A stretch of 64,000 nucleotides of DNA, taken from assembly GCA_964580575.1 (NCBI GenBank), contig CAZOLJ010000006.1, positions 825 to 64,824 on the forward strand, in the 5' to 3' direction. The stretch comes from an uncultured Desulfobacteraceae bacterium. GTDB taxonomy: Bacteria; Desulfobacterota; DSM-4660; Desulfatiglandales; HGW-15. Both the position numbers and the translations under genes were made by a program. The notes below the pieces were generated by a model. That model saw only the letters and a list, made by a program, of their open reading frames with translations. It had not been told where the DNA came from and searched no databases. Within the stretch, counting starts at the first letter, position 1. Every line of letters begins with the position of its first letter. Positions 62,242-64,000 of the stretch are shown piece by piece.

Positions 62242-62538
62242 AATCTTGTCACTCTCCTTCTTTCAATCGGCTTGTCGTTGCAATCTTTCCATTTCGTGGG
62301 AGCAAAAAACCCTTGGTTAGACGGGCAAGGGATAGGTAAAGCTCAACGACTAACAAACTTCATTACCAAAACGGTATATTTATATATCATTCCTAGGCGG
62401 AGTCAAACCAAAAAAGGGGGCAACGCTCTGGGAATGGCGAGGGAGCCAGGAGTCATCTTTCCAGGGGGTCGCAAGGGATGGGTTGCAGTGGGTGGAAGGA
62501 AATGGTAAAGCTCGAAGTGGAACAACCAACCGAGGAGG

Positions 62539-62943
62539 ATGGATATGAACAGACAGGAAGTGATGGAGCTCTTCAACAAAAGACCGCGAATCGGGGCCCT
62601 GAGCACCGCCAACCAAAAAGGAGAGGTGAACACGGCAGTGTTCGGGTCTCCTCAAATGATCGACGAGAACACCGTGATCATGGGGATCGGGAGGAACCGA
62701 ACCTTCCGCAATCTTCAGGAAAACCCCAAGGCGGTTTTCATCGTGGTGGAGCCGGGCAAAACGGTGATGGACTGGAAAGGCGCAAGGGTCTATCTCGAAG
62801 TGCTGGAGCTGGAGAGCGGCGGAGGCTTCTTTGAAGAGGTCAAGGCTGGGATCGCCAAGGCGGCAGGGAAGCAGGCCGCGGACATGATCCACGCTGCGGT
62901 TCGCTTCAAGATCACGGAAGTCCGGCCCATCGTGGAGTTCTAA
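62539..62943 (+). CDS. Pyridoxamine 5'-phosphate oxidase-like FMN-binding split-barrel protein
   Basis: 134 aa, 'IGALSTAN..G..N.AVF......DE.T......R..T..NL..NP.AVF.V'. Confidence 0.7.
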   Translation: MDMNRQEVMELFNKRPRIGALSTANQKGEVNTAVFGSPQMIDENTVIMGIGRNRTFRNLQENPKAVFIVVEPGKTVMDWKGARVYLEVLELESGGGFFEEVKAGIAKAAGKQAADMIHAAVRFKITEVRPIVEF

Positions 62944-62982
62944 AAAACTCTCGCGGAGCACGCGGAGAGACAAGAGGAATTT

Positions 62983-63076
62983 GGGCACAAAGTCACAAAG
63001 GCACAGAGGCACAAAGCAGAGAGCTAACGGGATCCTGAATTGACTTTGTGCCTTTGCCGCTCTGTCGCTTTGTCCC
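62983..63076. repeat. Hairpin element D built from 8-nt tandem repeats (GNCACARA)
   Basis: Left 62983-63023: GGGCACAAAGTCACAAAGGCACAGAGGCACAAAGCAGAGAG. Right 63041-63076: TGACTTTGTGCCTTTGCCGCTCTGTCGCTTTGTCCC. 62984-62995 is the exact reverse complement of 63041-63052. Confidence 0.55.
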
Positions 63077-63229
63077 TGAAGCTGTTGGCTTCAGCCGACA
63101 GCGGTTGAGTCCGTGTTCATCGGTGTTCATCCGTGTCCTCTTTCTCCGAAAGAAGGCTTTGGTCTTCGGCTGCCTACCCTTCGACGTCGCTCAGGGCCTT
63201 CGGCTGCCTACTGCTTACTACTTACTTCT

Positions 63230-64000
63230 TCACTCTCCATTGGCGTCCGGGTAACGCTTGGCAATGGCCTTAAGCGTGTCCAGACAGTCGAAGAAAGCAT
63301 TGATCACCTCAGGGTCGAAACTTTTCCCGGAAAGGCGGCGCATCTCCTCCATCACCCTGTCTTCATCCCAGGGATCCTTGTATGACCTTCTGGAGCTCAG
63401 GGCGTCATAGACATCCGCAACAGAGACGATCCGGCCGTAGAGAGGAATCTCTTCTCCCCTCTTGGGAGGAACGGGATGGTGCGGCGCCTCATGTCCCGCC
63501 GGTGCTTCTGTCAAGAAGGGATCCAGATGGCCCGGGTAGCCGGTGCCGTCCCATTTCTCGTGATGGTTCAGAGCCACCTGGGCAGCCACTTCCTCGAAAT
63601 CCGACTGCATGTTCTTGAAGAGCCGGGCGCCGAGGTAAGTGTGGCTTTTCATGATTGCAAACTCTTCCGGAGACAGACGGTCCGCCTTCTTGAGGATGAG
63701 GTCACTGATCGCCACCTTGCCCACGTCATGAAGCATGGCGGCCATTCTCAAAGAGTCCTTTTTCCGTTCGATTTCTTCGTCAGGCAACCCTTTGGTTGCG
63801 GCCCATGTTTCATAGATTTCAACGGCGTACGCCCCCACCCTGTTGACGTGAGGTCCGGTCTCCTTGGGGTCCCGCAGCTCGGCCATGCTGATCATCCGCA
63901 GAATGATGTTACGGGTCATCTGGGCCCGGGCAAGGGCAAGGGCCGCGGTTGTGGCAAAGTGGCTGATGAGGGATTCATCGGAGGGAGAAAAAGGATTGAC
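63230..64000 (-). CDS. HD-GYP domain protein (cyclic-di-GMP phosphodiesterase family), 5' end outside window
   Basis: 'HV.RV..Y', 'AAMLHDVGKVAI', 'HHEKWDGTGYPG' and 'IVSVADVYDALSS.R.YK'. The frame is open to the window edge. Confidence 0.75.
   Translation of the reverse strand, partial: VNPFSPSDESLISHFATTAALALARAQMTRNIILRMISMAELRDPKETGPHVNRVGAYAVEIYETWAATKGLPDEEIERKKDSLRMAAMLHDVGKVAISDLILKKADRLSPEEFAIMKSHTYLGARLFKNMQSDFEEVAAQVALNHHEKWDGTGYPGHLDPFLTEAPAGHEAPHHPVPPKRGEEIPLYGRIVSVADVYDALSSRRSYKDPWDEDRVMEEMRRLSGKSFDPEVINAFFDCLDTLKAIAKRYPDANGE

Noticed and set aside
62242-62538. Search for a sigma-54 -24/-12 element upstream of the dsrM-like gene (for example TGGAAAGATTGCAA and TGGTAATGAAGTTTGT on the minus strand).
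   Set aside because: The GG/GC spacing is wrong or the -12 GC is missing in every candidate.
1-64000. Mobile genetic elements, prophage genes, defence systems (RM, TA, CBASS and similar), tRNA and rRNA genes.
   Set aside because: No transposase, integrase, phage structural or defence-type motifs were seen in any frame, and no cloverleaf-like tRNA sequences were noticed by eye. The only mobile-like feature is the small palindromic repeat at 21888-22040.

Overview
High-GC window from an anaerobe, probably a Desulfobacterota (deltaproteobacterial) syntroph or sulfate reducer (inference from gene content). No rRNA, tRNA, CRISPR array, transposase or integrase was recognised. Left to right: (1) a peroxide-stress island: PerR-like Fur regulator, catalase, di-haem cytochrome c peroxidase, Tat metallophosphoesterase, cytochrome c, peroxiredoxin. 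(2) A sigma-54 activator next to a MetF-HdrA-MvhD-MetV-MetF methylene-THF reductase cluster. (3) Two-component genes and small redox genes. (4) A decayed stretch at 25.7-28.3 kb with three gene remnants. (5) A cluster of poorly characterised Fe/S and radical-SAM genes ending in DtxR-FeoAB. (6) A long minus-strand operon combining NuoE/F-like, NuoG-HdrA fusion, MvhD, Flx(Flox)CBA-like and HdrD-like genes. (7) A dense array of sensor kinases and response regulators. (8) A DsrMK-like pair. Main points: five genes that the ORF track splits at an in-frame TGA are best read as selenoproteins, each with a hairpin 9-17 nt after the UGA. HdrA in the large operon is split, with nuoE/nuoF between its Sec-containing N-terminal module and the remainder. 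Four intergenic hairpin elements are built from degenerate 7-8 nt tandem repeats. One response regulator carries a duplicated four-Cys domain between two receivers. A Cys-triad PAS motif recurs in seven sensors. All family calls are motif recognition from memory; no searches were run.
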